From Octopus sinensis (Eukaryota): a stretch of DNA of 64,000 nucleotides. The notes beneath the pieces were generated by a model, which did no database searches, was not told the origin of the DNA, and saw only the letters and a list, made by a program, of their open reading frames with translations. A program made the translations under genes and the position numbers. The stretch spans positions 168,454,001-168,518,000 of the forward strand of contig NC_042998.1 of assembly GCF_006345805.1 (NCBI RefSeq). The letters run 5' to 3'. Positions 1-11,644 of this stretch are shown here, piece after piece; position 1 is the stretch's first letter; the number at the start of each line of letters is the position of its first letter.

Positions 1-309
1 GAACGCGACGTCCCAAGGAAAACTTTCAAGCACCTGAAGAAATCCGACTGCCCCACCCCTGCCGGGGTATATACAGTCTAAAGGCACACCTTTGCTGCTG
101 CTCACGTCCAGGACCACCAGCTTACCTTCAGATCCACGAACATCGACCGTATCTCCGGACAACACCACTACCCTTTACCACTATTTCGAATCGAGTAAGC
201 GATACGAAGAGCGCAAAATCGCCAAAATGGGTGCTAAGGTACGAGTGTCAGAAACCCTGGTTTCGATGAGGCTACTACATCCAAACTTGGTGCCTCGAGG
301 TCATTAAGG
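1..309 (+). mobile_element. Possible 3' remnant of a non-LTR retroelement ending in a (TAA)n tract
   Basis: CpG-rich segment running directly into AATAATAAT, like the Dong/R4 3' ends elsewhere in the window. Only a weak resemblance to the RLE C-terminus (KHLKK...). Confidence 0.2.
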
Positions 310-310
310 A

Positions 311-337
311 ATAATAATAATAATGATGATGATGATG

Positions 338-407
<70 letters not shown>

Positions 408-458
408 TGATAATAATAATAATAATAACAATAATGATGATGATAATAATAATAATAA

Positions 459-496
<38 letters not shown>
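311..496. repeat. (ATA)n/(ATG)n trinucleotide microsatellite
   Basis: Direct reading; explains the poly-I/L ORF at 234-530. Confidence 0.97.
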
Positions 497-498
<2 letters not shown>

Positions 499-1050
499 GC
501 CCTGATGCAGTACCAGGCAGTGGCTCTCATGGCTTCTGATCTTAACTGATTGGAAGTGTTATCATGTACATTGTTTTGTCTTGGTATAAAAGATGGGCTA
601 CAGCAAATATTCTGCTCAATACCACAGATTTGCTTGTCAGTTGTTTGACTTTAACCAGTTGAGCATGTCCCTTAGTGGCTGACGATATGTGCATCTCTGA
701 TCACGAGCAGAAGTAGTGGGGGAGCATCATAGCCATGTGTTGAGAGGGATTCTTTGGGGTTTGAATAGTTCACCTCTGGAAACATGGGTGGTTCTTTCAA
801 CATCCTTAAACAACCTTATTCAGGGACCGTTTGAGCGGGATGGGCTACTCAACCTGAAGAAAATTCTAACTGGGCCCCACCTGCAAGGTCATGTGCTGTT
901 TATCTGATATGAGATCACCATGTCGCGCACATATGGTTGTGATGCATGTGCCTGGTGTACCTTTATCAGACGGGTAGTCATGATGGGTATATTGGGCTTC
1001 GTATATTTTACCCCAGTGTCACTTTGATGGCATGAACTGCTCTCTCACTC
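497..1050 (+). mobile_element. ~555-bp non-coding interspersed element ('element X') copy 1, flanked by (TAA)n
   Basis: Starts ATGCCCTGATGCAGTACC and ends CTCTCTCACTC-AAT. Homologous copies at 7031-7585, 8534-9098, 10470-11020 and 46642-47128. Confidence 0.9.
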
Positions 1051-1070
1051 AATGATAATAATAATAATAA

Positions 1071-1166
1071 GTGTACCCTTATCAGACGGGTAGTCATGAT
1101 GGGTATACTGGGCTTCATATATTTTACCCCAGTGTCACTTTGATGGCATGCACTGCTCTCTCACTC
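1071..1166 (+). mobile_element. 5'-truncated element X copy (3' ~96 bp only) in the (TAA)n tail of copy 1
   Basis: GTGTACCCTTATCAGACGGG...CTCTCTCACTC repeats the 3' end of copy 1. Confidence 0.9.
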
Positions 1167-1167
1167 A

Positions 1168-1200
<33 letters not shown>

Positions 1201-1201
<1 letters not shown>

Positions 1202-1365
1202 CCTTTCTACTATAGGCACAAGGCCTGAAATTTTAAGAGAAGGTTCTAATCGATTACATTGATACCAGTGCATACTTTATCGACCCCGAAATGATGTATG
1301 GCAAAATCGACCTCGGAGGAATTCGAACTTAGAACGTAAAGACGGACGAAATACCGCTAAACATT
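1201..1365 (-). mobile_element. tRNA-derived SINE family A (Meta-domain-like core), partial
   Basis: Matches family A core (ATCGACCCCGAAA...GGCAAAATCGACCTCGG..GAATTCGAACT) with a B-box-like GAGTTCRAATTCC on the minus strand. Confidence 0.8.
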
Positions 1366-1426
1366 TTGCACATCGTACACACATACATACACACCCAGAC
1401 ATATACACTCAAACATCGATAGATAG

Positions 1427-1481
<55 letters not shown>

Positions 1482-1797
1482 GTAGATAGATAGACAGACA
1501 GACAGACAGGCTGGCTGGCTGGCAGACAGACCGGTATCCTTTTTCCTTCTTTATTTTCGCCGTTATGTATCTCACCACACATCGGCCTGTCTTTAGACGA
1601 TTCTAAAGTACATATTTCCCGCTAAATTAAGTTAGCAATTTCTCGTGCATTCCTTCTCCATTATTAAGCAAATTATCCATGAGTAAAATAAGACAGGTTG
1701 GTCATGGATGTATCGATTTTGATCACAGCTCTAAGCGTTCAGAGTTTACCCAGAGATAAACAAGTTGTTTTTGCTTTTTTTCTACTTGTCTACCTAC

Positions 1798-2143
1798 CAG
1801 TAATATGTTGAATTTCATGAGGGACATTGTCTCCTTTCAGCAAGAATTCGTCTTGAGATTTCAAGCTCGCTTTCTTAGTTCGTTGTCCAATGTCACTGGC
1901 CACGAGGCGTGATTCAAAGAAAGGTCTCAAGTGTACAGATAACCAGAAATGCCGTGCTAGAAGTGTATCTTTCTCGTCTGAATCACAGAAAGCAATTTGT
2001 GGTTGATCGGGCAAGTCATAAGTGTCAACATATCTTACTTCGCTTGTTCCGCTCGGCATTGTTGATTGATGTGGTTTCCATAGCAACTGGAACGTCGTGA
2101 GGTCATTTGCGTCTCGCGGCTTCGTACTTAGTTTCATATGTTT
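1798..2143 (-). other. Candidate coding exon of an unidentified gene (115 open codons)
   Basis: Non-repetitive open frame (KHMKLSTKPRD...HEIQHITG) ending at a good donor CTG|GTAGGT. The acceptor TAGCAG has a poor pyrimidine tract, and no family was recognised. Confidence 0.3.
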
Positions 2144-3497
2144 CTGCTATAGCGAATTCAGCCAATTTTAATTGATACGCATGTAATGCGCGCGTGTGTT
2201 CTTTTTCTGTTGTGATTCATAAAGTTTGGAAGCAATTTGGAATAAGGAAATAAAGTTTTTGCTGGTGACCTACTTTCCTCTCTCCTTGACCTGTTGTTAA
2301 GTTCCACTTGCAAAGACTGGCCAAGACGAGTGAAGGATACAATCACTGCTGTGAATAGATGTCGAAAAGGGAGAGTTGCCCTCTTAAACCACCTTCGGGT
2401 GCGATCACACACACACACACACACACACACAAAGGAAGGGACAGGGAGAGAGGCATGAGAGTACATAAATGCGAAACAAGATGAAGAAAATAGTACTCGA
2501 ATACCAAAGGTAGATTGAAACTGAAACACTTCGCAAGCAGAAAAACTTTACGAACTACTGCTCTGAGTTTCACGTGACAAATCATCAGACAAAAGTGAAC
2601 GTTTGGAACAATGCAATGATTTATAAATCATTACAAATAGTGCAACGATTGTTAATTAGCAAATAATCAAACAAATGCTTAAAGATGATTGGATTACAAG
2701 ATTTCAAAATTAATGAAGTGTTTTGTTTCATGCTATTGAAAATACACGAAAAACAATATTAAGGTAAAAACTGGTAAAATAAAGTTGACTAAAACTAATA
2801 GGGATGCATAGGTACAGGGTAATAGTTATAATACTAGCAGCCAACGAAAAATTCCAGGTAAAATTCGTTTTGTAAATTAAGAAATAGACGAAGCAAATCA
2901 AAGTTAAGTATGAAAATTTATAAAACAAAACACACACGCATACATACACACACACAAAGAGAAAAAACGAGTGCAAATTGGTATCACGAATAAATTGGAT
3001 AAATTTCATAATACGAAATAGAGTGAAGGAGAGTTTCTGTGGAAAATAGAGGATAATGCAAGGGATGTGGGTGGGAATAGGAAAGGTTTGATACACTATA
3101 TATATATATATAGCGTAGACGCGGGTGAAATTCCTCTCACCCCTTTATTATATATACGTGCATTCGAACGCAGCAGGGAACAGCTAGCCTTTGGCCGCTA
3201 TTTGAATCCCGTTGTATTCACTACTCTGGTTGGTATTAGCGCAATTTGTCTCTTACTCTGTCGTGCCAACTTGTCGTACATAACCAGGCGAAGACCCTAA
3301 ATAGGATCACGTGGGATAGCCTGTTCACGACCCTGTTTGAGCCTACAGCTCCTTATAAAAACTCAACTTTTCCTCGTTCCGAAGTCTTTGGTTCCAGACC
3401 TTTTAAAGTCTAGCCACTGTCCACAGACCTAACAGAAATTTTAATGAGTTTTTGCAGTCATACACGAAACCTCATCTCAGCAGTTATTGTCTATGCC

Positions 3498-3558
<61 letters not shown>

Positions 3559-3590
3559 TGTATATATATATATATGTATATATATATATG

Positions 3591-3621
<31 letters not shown>

Positions 3622-3750
3622 CATCATCATCATCATCATCATCATCGTTTAGCGTCCGTTTTCCATGCTAGCATGGGTTGGACGGTTCTACTGGGGTCTG
3701 TGAAGCCAGAAGGCTTCATCAGGCCCAGTCAAATCTGGGAGTGTTTCTAC
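3622..3750 (-). mobile_element. RTE-tail-type short repeat ending in (GAT)n
   Basis: CATCATCGTTTAGCGTCCGTTTTCCATGCTAGCATGGGTTGGACG; related plus-strand copies at ~3995-4170 and ~10085-10125. Confidence 0.65.
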
Positions 3751-5329
3751 GGCTGGATGCCCTTCCATATATATATATTATATATATTATATATATATAT
3801 TATATATATACACATACATACATATATATATATACACATATTTATATATATACAATGGCTCAATACTTGACAGAAATTTGAAATTTTATGCATTTTATCC
3901 AACTTTACATGTGATTTTAATTTATTTTGAACTTAAGAGATTCATTATCTATTAGAATAGATCTTTTTCAGCTTATTTAATGTAGCACACTCTGTAATGT
4001 GGTTGGCATTAGGAGGGGCATCCAGCCATAAGCACCATGCCAAAACAGACAATTGGAGCCTGGACAGCTCACTGGTTGGCCAACTCCAGTTAAACTGTCC
4101 AATCCATGCCAGTATAGAAAACAGACATTAAACAATGATGATGGTGATGATGATGATGATGATGATGATGATTCCCAGAATTTGAACTATTGGTAATTTT
4201 TATGTGATTAAGAAAGTGCAAAATAGTTTCAGCTACCAAACTAAAATAGATTCTCACATCATCAAGTAGAGAAGCTAATATGAATTATTAATTATTTACA
4301 CCTAATTTAGAACATACAATATTTCTTCCTTTAGAATTATAGCCTTTTGCTCACAAATTAATACTAAAATAGAGCAGTTAATAAATTTTCACATTTTTTT
4401 GACAGAAAAAGATAATTTTTATATTTTTTCATGCTTGAAAATTGATAATTCTCATGATCAAGAGCAAATTTTTCTTAAGAATGACACCTTTTCATTCAGC
4501 CAATAATGCTGCTTTACTAGAATATACAGATTTTATGTCAGATACTTTTTAAATTATTTACTGTTTAAAAATTCATCATTCATATGATTCCCTGTTCAAT
4601 TTCTTTTTTAATGCTGCTAATTTTCAACAAAATTGGAAAGTAAAATTTTATTCAGAATTAGTCACTTCCACCTTCAGAGTATTGGAAACATGTGGCCAAG
4701 TGGTTAGAGTACTGGACCAATGATCATGAGATATTGGTTTCAATTCCTGTCCTGTCCTGTCCAGGGGAAAATATGTATACACCATGGAAACTGGAAAATC
4801 AGCATTTATGGGTCCATAGGGCATGAGAAGACCGCTTTTTTATTTAGCTTCAGAGTAATAGATCATTTAGTACTTTTTAGAAATGGTGATTTTCAATGAT
4901 TTAATGTTTAAAAAGTTCATGGTGTTACTGAAATCTTAAACTGAATATTTTCATCAAATTTAGAAACTGTAAAATATCTTCAGGAATATAGATTTTCACC
5001 CAGTCAACTGACATAAAACACTAGAAGGGGGTCTATTCATTTAAAAATAGTTAATTTCCATCTCCTTGATATTGGAAAATTGAGCACTTTCATGACTGTC
5101 ATGATAATTCTGTTTGAATAAAAAGTAATAAATAAAAAAATTAAATAAATAAAATGGGGTGGGTGGATTTCATTACAGGTTTGTTTAATCAGGGCTGACC
5201 TAGAGTTTGATAACACTGGTAACAACAACAATCAGCATGCAGAAACAGACTGAACAGGGAAAACTGTAACATGCTCAAACTGTTATACTACACCAGGGCC
5301 CTATATTTTGGGCGGACTAGCTGAGCAAT

Positions 5330-5660
5330 GATCACCTGTCAAATACAGTAACTATCTAATTTTAACTGGCACTCTGTCAGTTATGACAAAGAGGGTTCCA
5401 CTTGATCCGGTCAATGGAACAACCTGCTCATGAAATTAATGTGCAAGTGGCTAAGCACTCCACAGACATGCATACCCACAATGTAGTTCTCAGGGAGATT
5501 CAGCATGACACAGAATGTGACAAGGCAGTCCCTTTGAAATACAGGTACTACTCATTTTTACCAGCTGAGTGGACTGGAGCAACATGAAATAAAGTGTCTT
5601 GCTCAAAAACACAATCCACTGCTGGGAATTGAACTCATGAATTTATGATCATGTGCCAAA
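5330..5660 (-). mobile_element. tRNA-derived SINE with Deu/Nin-like core, CpG-decayed
   Basis: CAGCTGAGTGGACTGGAGCAACATGAAATAAAGTGTCTTGCTCAA followed by reverse B-box GGGAATTGAACTC. Confidence 0.6.
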
Positions 5661-6169
5661 TGCCATCTGCCTAAGCACAAAACAATGCACCTTCAATTAT
5701 AGTAAATTCACCAAAATTATTAAGCTCAATCACTAATATAACATGATAATGGAAAACTAATTTATCTGTCTCTTGTAATGAAATATTGAGGCTGTTGTTC
5801 AATGGTGAAGGTAGAGTGTGTGTGTCACCTGGAGCAACCCTTGAGTTTTCTCCCACCTCCAAAATGATAGAAATGGCAGCCTCTTCTAAAGTACATCATA
5901 TCGTACTCAGATGGCTATGCCTTTGTGATCCAATAACAGGAGATAGCTACTAAATACCTGATCAATGAATGATATAAAGATACCTCTGAAGCACTATGCT
6001 GTTATATAAAGCGGCAATTATGTCATACCAGTGTAGAAAATATCTCTTGTATATCAGTAGCCGCCTACAAATATCTGCAAGATATTGTCCTCCCATGAAG
6101 TGTGACATTATTATCAATGTAGTAACTGGCTGAATCATTAGCATCCCAGATAAAATGCTGCTAATCAAC

Positions 6170-6960
6170 TTAACCCCCACCCCAAAAAAAATTCAGGCCT
6201 TCTGTCTGTAGTAGAAAGAAGTTAGTGCACCAGACATCTATTTGGAGTCAATAAAAATAAGTACCAGTCAAGCACTGGGGTTGATGTAATTGACTAGCTC
6301 CCTCTCCCAAAATTTCGGGCCTTTTGCCTGTAGCAAAAAGGATTATTATTGTTATTATTATTATTAGCAAATGCCATGGAGCCAACTTTGCCTTTCATCC
6401 TATTATTGTCAACGAAATAAGTACTAGTTGAGTACTGGGGTTGATGTAATCATCTATCTTCCTCTCGCAAATTTCAGGCCTTGTGCCTATAGCAGAAAGG
6501 ATTATTACTGTTATTATTATTATTATTGGCAAGCTGGCAGAATCATTAGCACACCAGGCAAAATGCTTAGTGGTATTTTGTCTGTCATTATGTTCTGAAT
6601 TAAAATCCCACTGAGGTTGACTTTGCCTTTTGTCCTTTCGGGATCAATAAATAAAGTACCAGAAAAACATTGGAGTCGATGTACTCGACTGTACTCCTGC
6701 CCCAAATTTCAGGCCTTGTGCCTCTACTAGAAAGGATTATCATTATTATTATTATTAAAGCAGAGAGCAGGCAGAATCATTAGCACACTGGAAGAAATGC
6801 TTAGCAGTATTTCTCCCATTGCTACATTCTAGGTTCAAATTCTGCCATGGTTGACGTTGCCTTTCATCCTTTCAAGGTCAATAAATAAAGTACCAGTGAA
6901 ACCCTGTGATCGAATAATCCCCTCCCCACAAATTTCAGGTCTTCTGCCTTTAGTAGAAAG
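6170..6960 (+). mobile_element. Tandem cluster of decayed SINE family A copies
   Basis: Repeated GGCAGAATCATTAGCAC...GACTTTGCCTTT..CCTTTC...AAGTACCAG...AAATTTCAGGCCTTGTGCCT units with CpG->TpG decay. Confidence 0.8.
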
Positions 6961-6974
6961 GATTATTATTATTA

Positions 6975-7030
<56 letters not shown>

Positions 7031-7585
7031 GAGTGGGAGAGCAGTGCATGCCATCAAAGTGACACTGGGGTAAAATATATGAAGCCCAGGATACCCATCA
7101 TGACTACACGTCTGATAAGGGTACACTAGGCACATGCATCACAACCATATGTGCGCGACATGGTGATCTCATATCAGGATAAACAGCACATGACCTTGCA
7201 GGTGGGGCCCAGGTAGAATTTTCTTCAGGTCGAGTAACCCATCCCGCTCAAAAGGTCCCTGAATAAGGGTTGTTTAAGGATGTTGAATGAAACACCCATG
7301 TTTCCAGAGGTGAATTATTCAAACCCTAAAGAATTCCTCTCAACATACGGCTATGATGCTCCCCAACTACTTCTGCTCATGATCAGAGATGCACATATTG
7401 TCAGCCTCTAAGGAACATGGTCAACTGGTTAAGGTCAAGCAACTGACAAGCAAATCTGTGGTATTGAGCAGAATATTTGCTGTAGCCCATCTTTTGTACC
7501 AAGACAAAACAATGTACATGATAACACTTCCAATCAGTTAAGATCAGAAGCCATGAGAACCACTGTCTGGTACTGCATCAGGGCA
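7031..7585 (-). mobile_element. Element X copy 2
   Basis: Reverse complement of 497-1050, with (TTA)n on both flanks. Confidence 0.9.
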
Positions 7586-7599
7586 GTTTATTTTTATTA

Positions 7600-7695
<96 letters not shown>

Positions 7696-7699
7696 TCTA

Positions 7700-8330
7700 G
7701 GCATCAATGAGAACAGTCTGAGTAGTCTCTTCCAGACTACCTTCTGGTTGAAGATCATGAACAATTTCCAAAGTCTTTGGCTTGGCAGTGCTACAGAGGG
7801 GCATTGCCTATTCAAGACAAGCTCTTCATGCTTGGAAGTGCCTGAGAGGCTTGCAAGGGGTGAAACCATCCTGCATGCCATAATTCAATGGCCATGCATT
7901 AGAGAGTTGTAGGATGGTGTGGAGCAGCCATTGTTGTGTGTAAGATGAGTACAGCTGTCTGCTGAATGTATAGTGAAGATCAACGCATCACCTTTCCTTA
8001 GCAGAGAAGAAAGGCAGATCTTTCTCTGCTTAGTGGCCATGGCAAAAGAGGTTGTGTGGTGGACCCATCTGAAAGGTTTGAAGATAGGCACATTCCTATC
8101 TGGTCAAGCCCTCATCAATTTCTTCAAATATCATTTGAAGAGGAAGGTGAAGGTAGTCCTGCCTTCTAGTATGTATATCAAAAGGTGGCCAACAGTAGCA
8201 AGACTGGTGAGACTGAATGGATCTATTCTTGGAGATGGCAGAGTAATCAGGGATTTTTGCGTGGGGTTTACTTCAGAATACCCTAAGTGGACTGCCCCGC
8301 AATTGGGGATTCTATTTATTTATGTATTTA
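7700..8330 (+). mobile_element. Tx1/L1-clade LINE 3' fragment (ORF2 C-terminus)
   Basis: IFLCLVAMAKEVVWWTHLKGLK...NFFKYHLKRKVKV; homologous to ~26300-26560, 35500-35860 (-) and 44200-44400 (-), the latter contiguous with an RT relic. Confidence 0.7.
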
Positions 8331-8533
8331 TTATATATTTATTTTTCTAATTTCTGTTATATATCCTCTGTTATATCATTTAATGTGGTAGTATCTCCAA
8401 TTCACTGATGTCAACTCCACATGTTTTTTGTACCTTCCGTAATTTTTTTAATGCTGTAACATGTCCTTCAATACTGTCCTCCATGTCTTGGGCACTTGTG
8501 ACTAATAAAAGAAATCATTATTATTATTATTAT

Positions 8534-9098
8534 TCAGTGAGAATGCAATACATGCCATCAAAGTGACACTAGGGTACAAATATATGAAGCCCAATATACC
8601 CATCAAAACTACTTGTCTGATAAGGGTACACCAGGCACATGCATCCCATAGTAGTAGTAGCAGCAGTAGTGGCAGTAGTGTCGCAACATGATGATCTCAT
8701 ATCAAGATAAACAGCACATGACCTTGCAATTGAGGCCCAGTTAGAATTTTTTCAGGTCTAGTAGTCCATCCCGCTCAAAAGGTCCCTGAATAAGGTTTGT
8801 TTAAGGATAATGAATGAAACACCCATGTTTCCAGGGGTGAATCACTCAAAACCCAAAGAATTCCTCTCAACACATGGCTACGATGCTCCACCACTTCTTC
8901 TGTTTATGATCAGAGATGAACATATCATCAGCCATTAACTGGTTAAGGTCAAACAACTAACAAGAAAATCTGTGGTATTGAGCAGAATATTTGCTGTAGC
9001 CCATCTTTTATAACAAGACAAAATATGTACATGACAAAACTTCAAATCAGTTAAGATCAAAAGTCATGAGATCCAGTGCCTTGTACTGCATCAGGACA
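8534..9098 (-). mobile_element. Element X copy 3 (more diverged, internal (AGT)n insertion)
   Basis: Homology to copy 1; TTA repeats on both flanks. Confidence 0.85.
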
Positions 9099-9312
9099 TT
9101 ATTACTATTATTATTAAGGTGGAGAGCTGGCAGAATTGTTGCCATGCCGAGTGAAATGCTTAAGGACATTTGTCTGTCTTTATTTTCTGATTTCAAATTC
9201 TGCCAAGATCGACTTTGCCTTTCATTCTTTCAGGGTCGATAAAAGCACTGGGGTTGATATAATCGACTTATACCCTCCCACAAAATTTCAAGCTTTGTGC
9301 CTATAGTAGAAT

Positions 9313-9355
<43 letters not shown>

Positions 9356-9356
9356 C

Positions 9357-9417
<61 letters not shown>

Positions 9418-10129
9418 TTTACTAAATATGACATTGAACAAACTATCTCATTGTGCATAATGTGGTTTGTTTACATTTGAAGTTCCAACTCTCATGATAT
9501 CAATTTTGTCATGTATCCATTCAAGTTTGATAAATTGAAGTACCAGTTAAGTAACAGGTTAATGGTATTGATTAATATCCTCCATCCAAAATTGCTGGCC
9601 TTGTGCATTTGTAGTGGGGTGGTAGAATGATAAAGCACTGGGGGAAATGCCTTCTAACTCTCTGTTTTGATTTCATATCCCATTACAATCAACATTGTCA
9701 TTCATCCCTCAGAGGTCAAAAAGATAAGGTACCAGTCAAGTACGGGGGATAACCCCTTTTCCACAAAATTTTAGGCCTATGCCAAAATCAGAAATCATTA
9801 TTATTAGGCCTCCCTGAGGAGATGACAAATGACCAAAACTTGTGGTGATTTGCTGCACTTGAGAAGACACATCAAGCTAAGTAAAATTGCGGTCATTCAT
9901 ATATATAGACATGCCCTTTATGACTATGGCCCCACTCCCTCTCCAACTGAGAGGCCTCTGTGTTGCAGGTGCTGGTGTCATGTAAAATGCACTTGTGCCA
10001 ATGCCACATAAAATGCATTTGTCCTGGGGTGATGTAAATGCATTTGTACTGGTGACATGCAAAAAAAAAGGTTCCCACTACACTCTGTAAAGTGGTTGGC
10101 ATTAAGAAGGGCATCCAGCTGTAGAAACC

Positions 10130-10432
10130 ACTGCCTGGAATCGAACTCGGAATCTTGGGGTTAATAACCTGCGCTCTTAACCACTACACCATATGCTGGC
10201 ATAGTGGTTAAGAGCACAGGTTACTAAACCCAAGATTTCAAGTTCGATTTCAGGCAGTTACCTGAACGGCAAAAACAATAACAACAACAAAAAAATACCT
10301 TAGAAATGAGAACCCAGCTTCGTAATTTCCCCAAGACCCCCTGATGAAGGCTGGAGGGTATATCAGCCAAAACGTTGTGTTAACAACAAACAAGATGAGG
10401 ACAAATATCCGTCAAATGTAAATAATGTAAAT
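10130..10432 (+). mobile_element. tRNA-headed SINE with inverted duplicated head and hammerhead-like tail
   Basis: 10130-10191 is the reverse complement of 10197-10258 (A box TGGCATAGTGG, B box AGTTCGATTTC). The tail contains CTGATGA-A-GGCTG-loop-CAGCC-AAAAC-GTT-GTGT and ends in (AAT)n. Confidence 0.75.
10336..10381 (+). ncRNA. Degenerate minimal type I hammerhead ribozyme
   Basis: CUGAUGA core, 5-bp stem II, palindromic ACGU stem III. G12 reads A (AAAAC) and stem I is imperfect, so this copy is probably inactive. Confidence 0.55.
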
Positions 10433-10469
10433 AATAATAATAATAATAATAATAATAATTATAATAATA

Positions 10470-11020
10470 ATGCCCTGATGCAGTACCAAGCAGTGGCTCT
10501 CATGGCTTCTGATCTTAACTGATTGGAATTGTTATCAAGAACATTATCTTGTCTTGGTATAAAAGATGGGCCACAGCAAATATTCTGCTCAGTACCACAG
10601 ATTTGCTTGTCAGTTGTTTGACCATAACCAGTTGAGCATATCCTTTAGTGGCTGACGATATGTGCATCTCTGATTATGAACAGAAGTAGTGGGGAAGCAT
10701 CATAGTCACGTGTTTAGAGGAATTCTTTAGGGTTTGAATAATCCACTTTTGGAAACATGTGTTTCGGACATCCTTAAACAACCCTTAATCAAGGACCATT
10801 TGAGTGGGATGGGCTGCTTAATGTGAAAAAAATTCTAACTGGGCCCCACCTGCAAGGTCATGCGCTGTTTATTTTGATATGAGCCCATCATGTCACGCAC
10901 ATATGGTTATGATGCATGTGCCTGGTGTACCCTTATCAGACATGTAGTCATGATGGGTATACTGGGCTTCATATATTGTATCCCAGTATCACTTTGATGG
11001 TATGCACTGCTCTCTCACTC
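10470..11020 (+). mobile_element. Element X copy 4
   Basis: ATGCCCTGATGCAGTACC...CTCTCTCACTCAATAAT with (TAA)n on both sides. Confidence 0.9.
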
Positions 11021-11042
11021 AATAATAGTAATAATAATAATG

Positions 11043-11075
<33 letters not shown>

Positions 11076-11083
11076 TAATAATA

Positions 11084-11119
<36 letters not shown>

Positions 11120-11121
11120 TT

Positions 11122-11420
11122 TATGTGAATCAAACATAAAGGTTGTCCCTATTGTCATCGGAGCATTGGGTTCAATACCACCCAACCTGAAAAAACATCT
11201 GGAAACTTTAGAAATACCCTACAATCTAGGTGTATTACAAATCTTGGTGTATTACAATCTAGGTGTATTACATAAATCAGCATTACTTGGAACTTCACGC
11301 ATATAGCGTTTAAGTACTATCTGTCTGTGGTCCTTGTGACTTCACAGACAATACAAAATCCCGGTAGACACAATATCTTCAATCAACAACATCATGATAT
11401 TGAATACTGTGCGATGTCTT
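11122..11420 (+). mobile_element. R4/Dong-clade LINE 3' fragment (RLE C-terminus plus 3' UTR)
   Basis: Translates ...KVVPIVIGALGSIPPNLKKHLETLEIP...SALLGTSRI; the 3' end runs into (AAT)n. Confidence 0.75.
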
Positions 11421-11440
11421 AAATAATAATAATAATAATG

Positions 11441-11477
<37 letters not shown>

Positions 11478-11644
11478 TGATGATGATGATGATGATGATG
11501 ATAATAATAATAATAACCTCCACCAATGCAACACCAATGTCCTCTCAACGATTAGCTGGAAATGATTTTTAAAATGAGAATATCTGAAATAAACTTGACT
11601 GCTTTCACAAACGAGAATACTAAAAATGAAACCGACCGCTCTCA

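Noticed and set aside
234-530. Low-complexity ORFs (poly-I/L/N/Y, HT/YI, MYVC) throughout the ORF track
   Set aside because: They are translations of microsatellites, with no evidence of coding function.
497-1050. Ribozyme or Pol III promoter within element X
   Set aside because: CTGACGA is present without a GAAA partner; no HDV parse and no convincing A/B boxes.
5660-6160. Cadherin-like exon or piggyBac transposase relic
   Set aside because: Only vague resemblance (LEVGENSRV; WLCLCDPITG), frequent stops, and no diagnostic motif.
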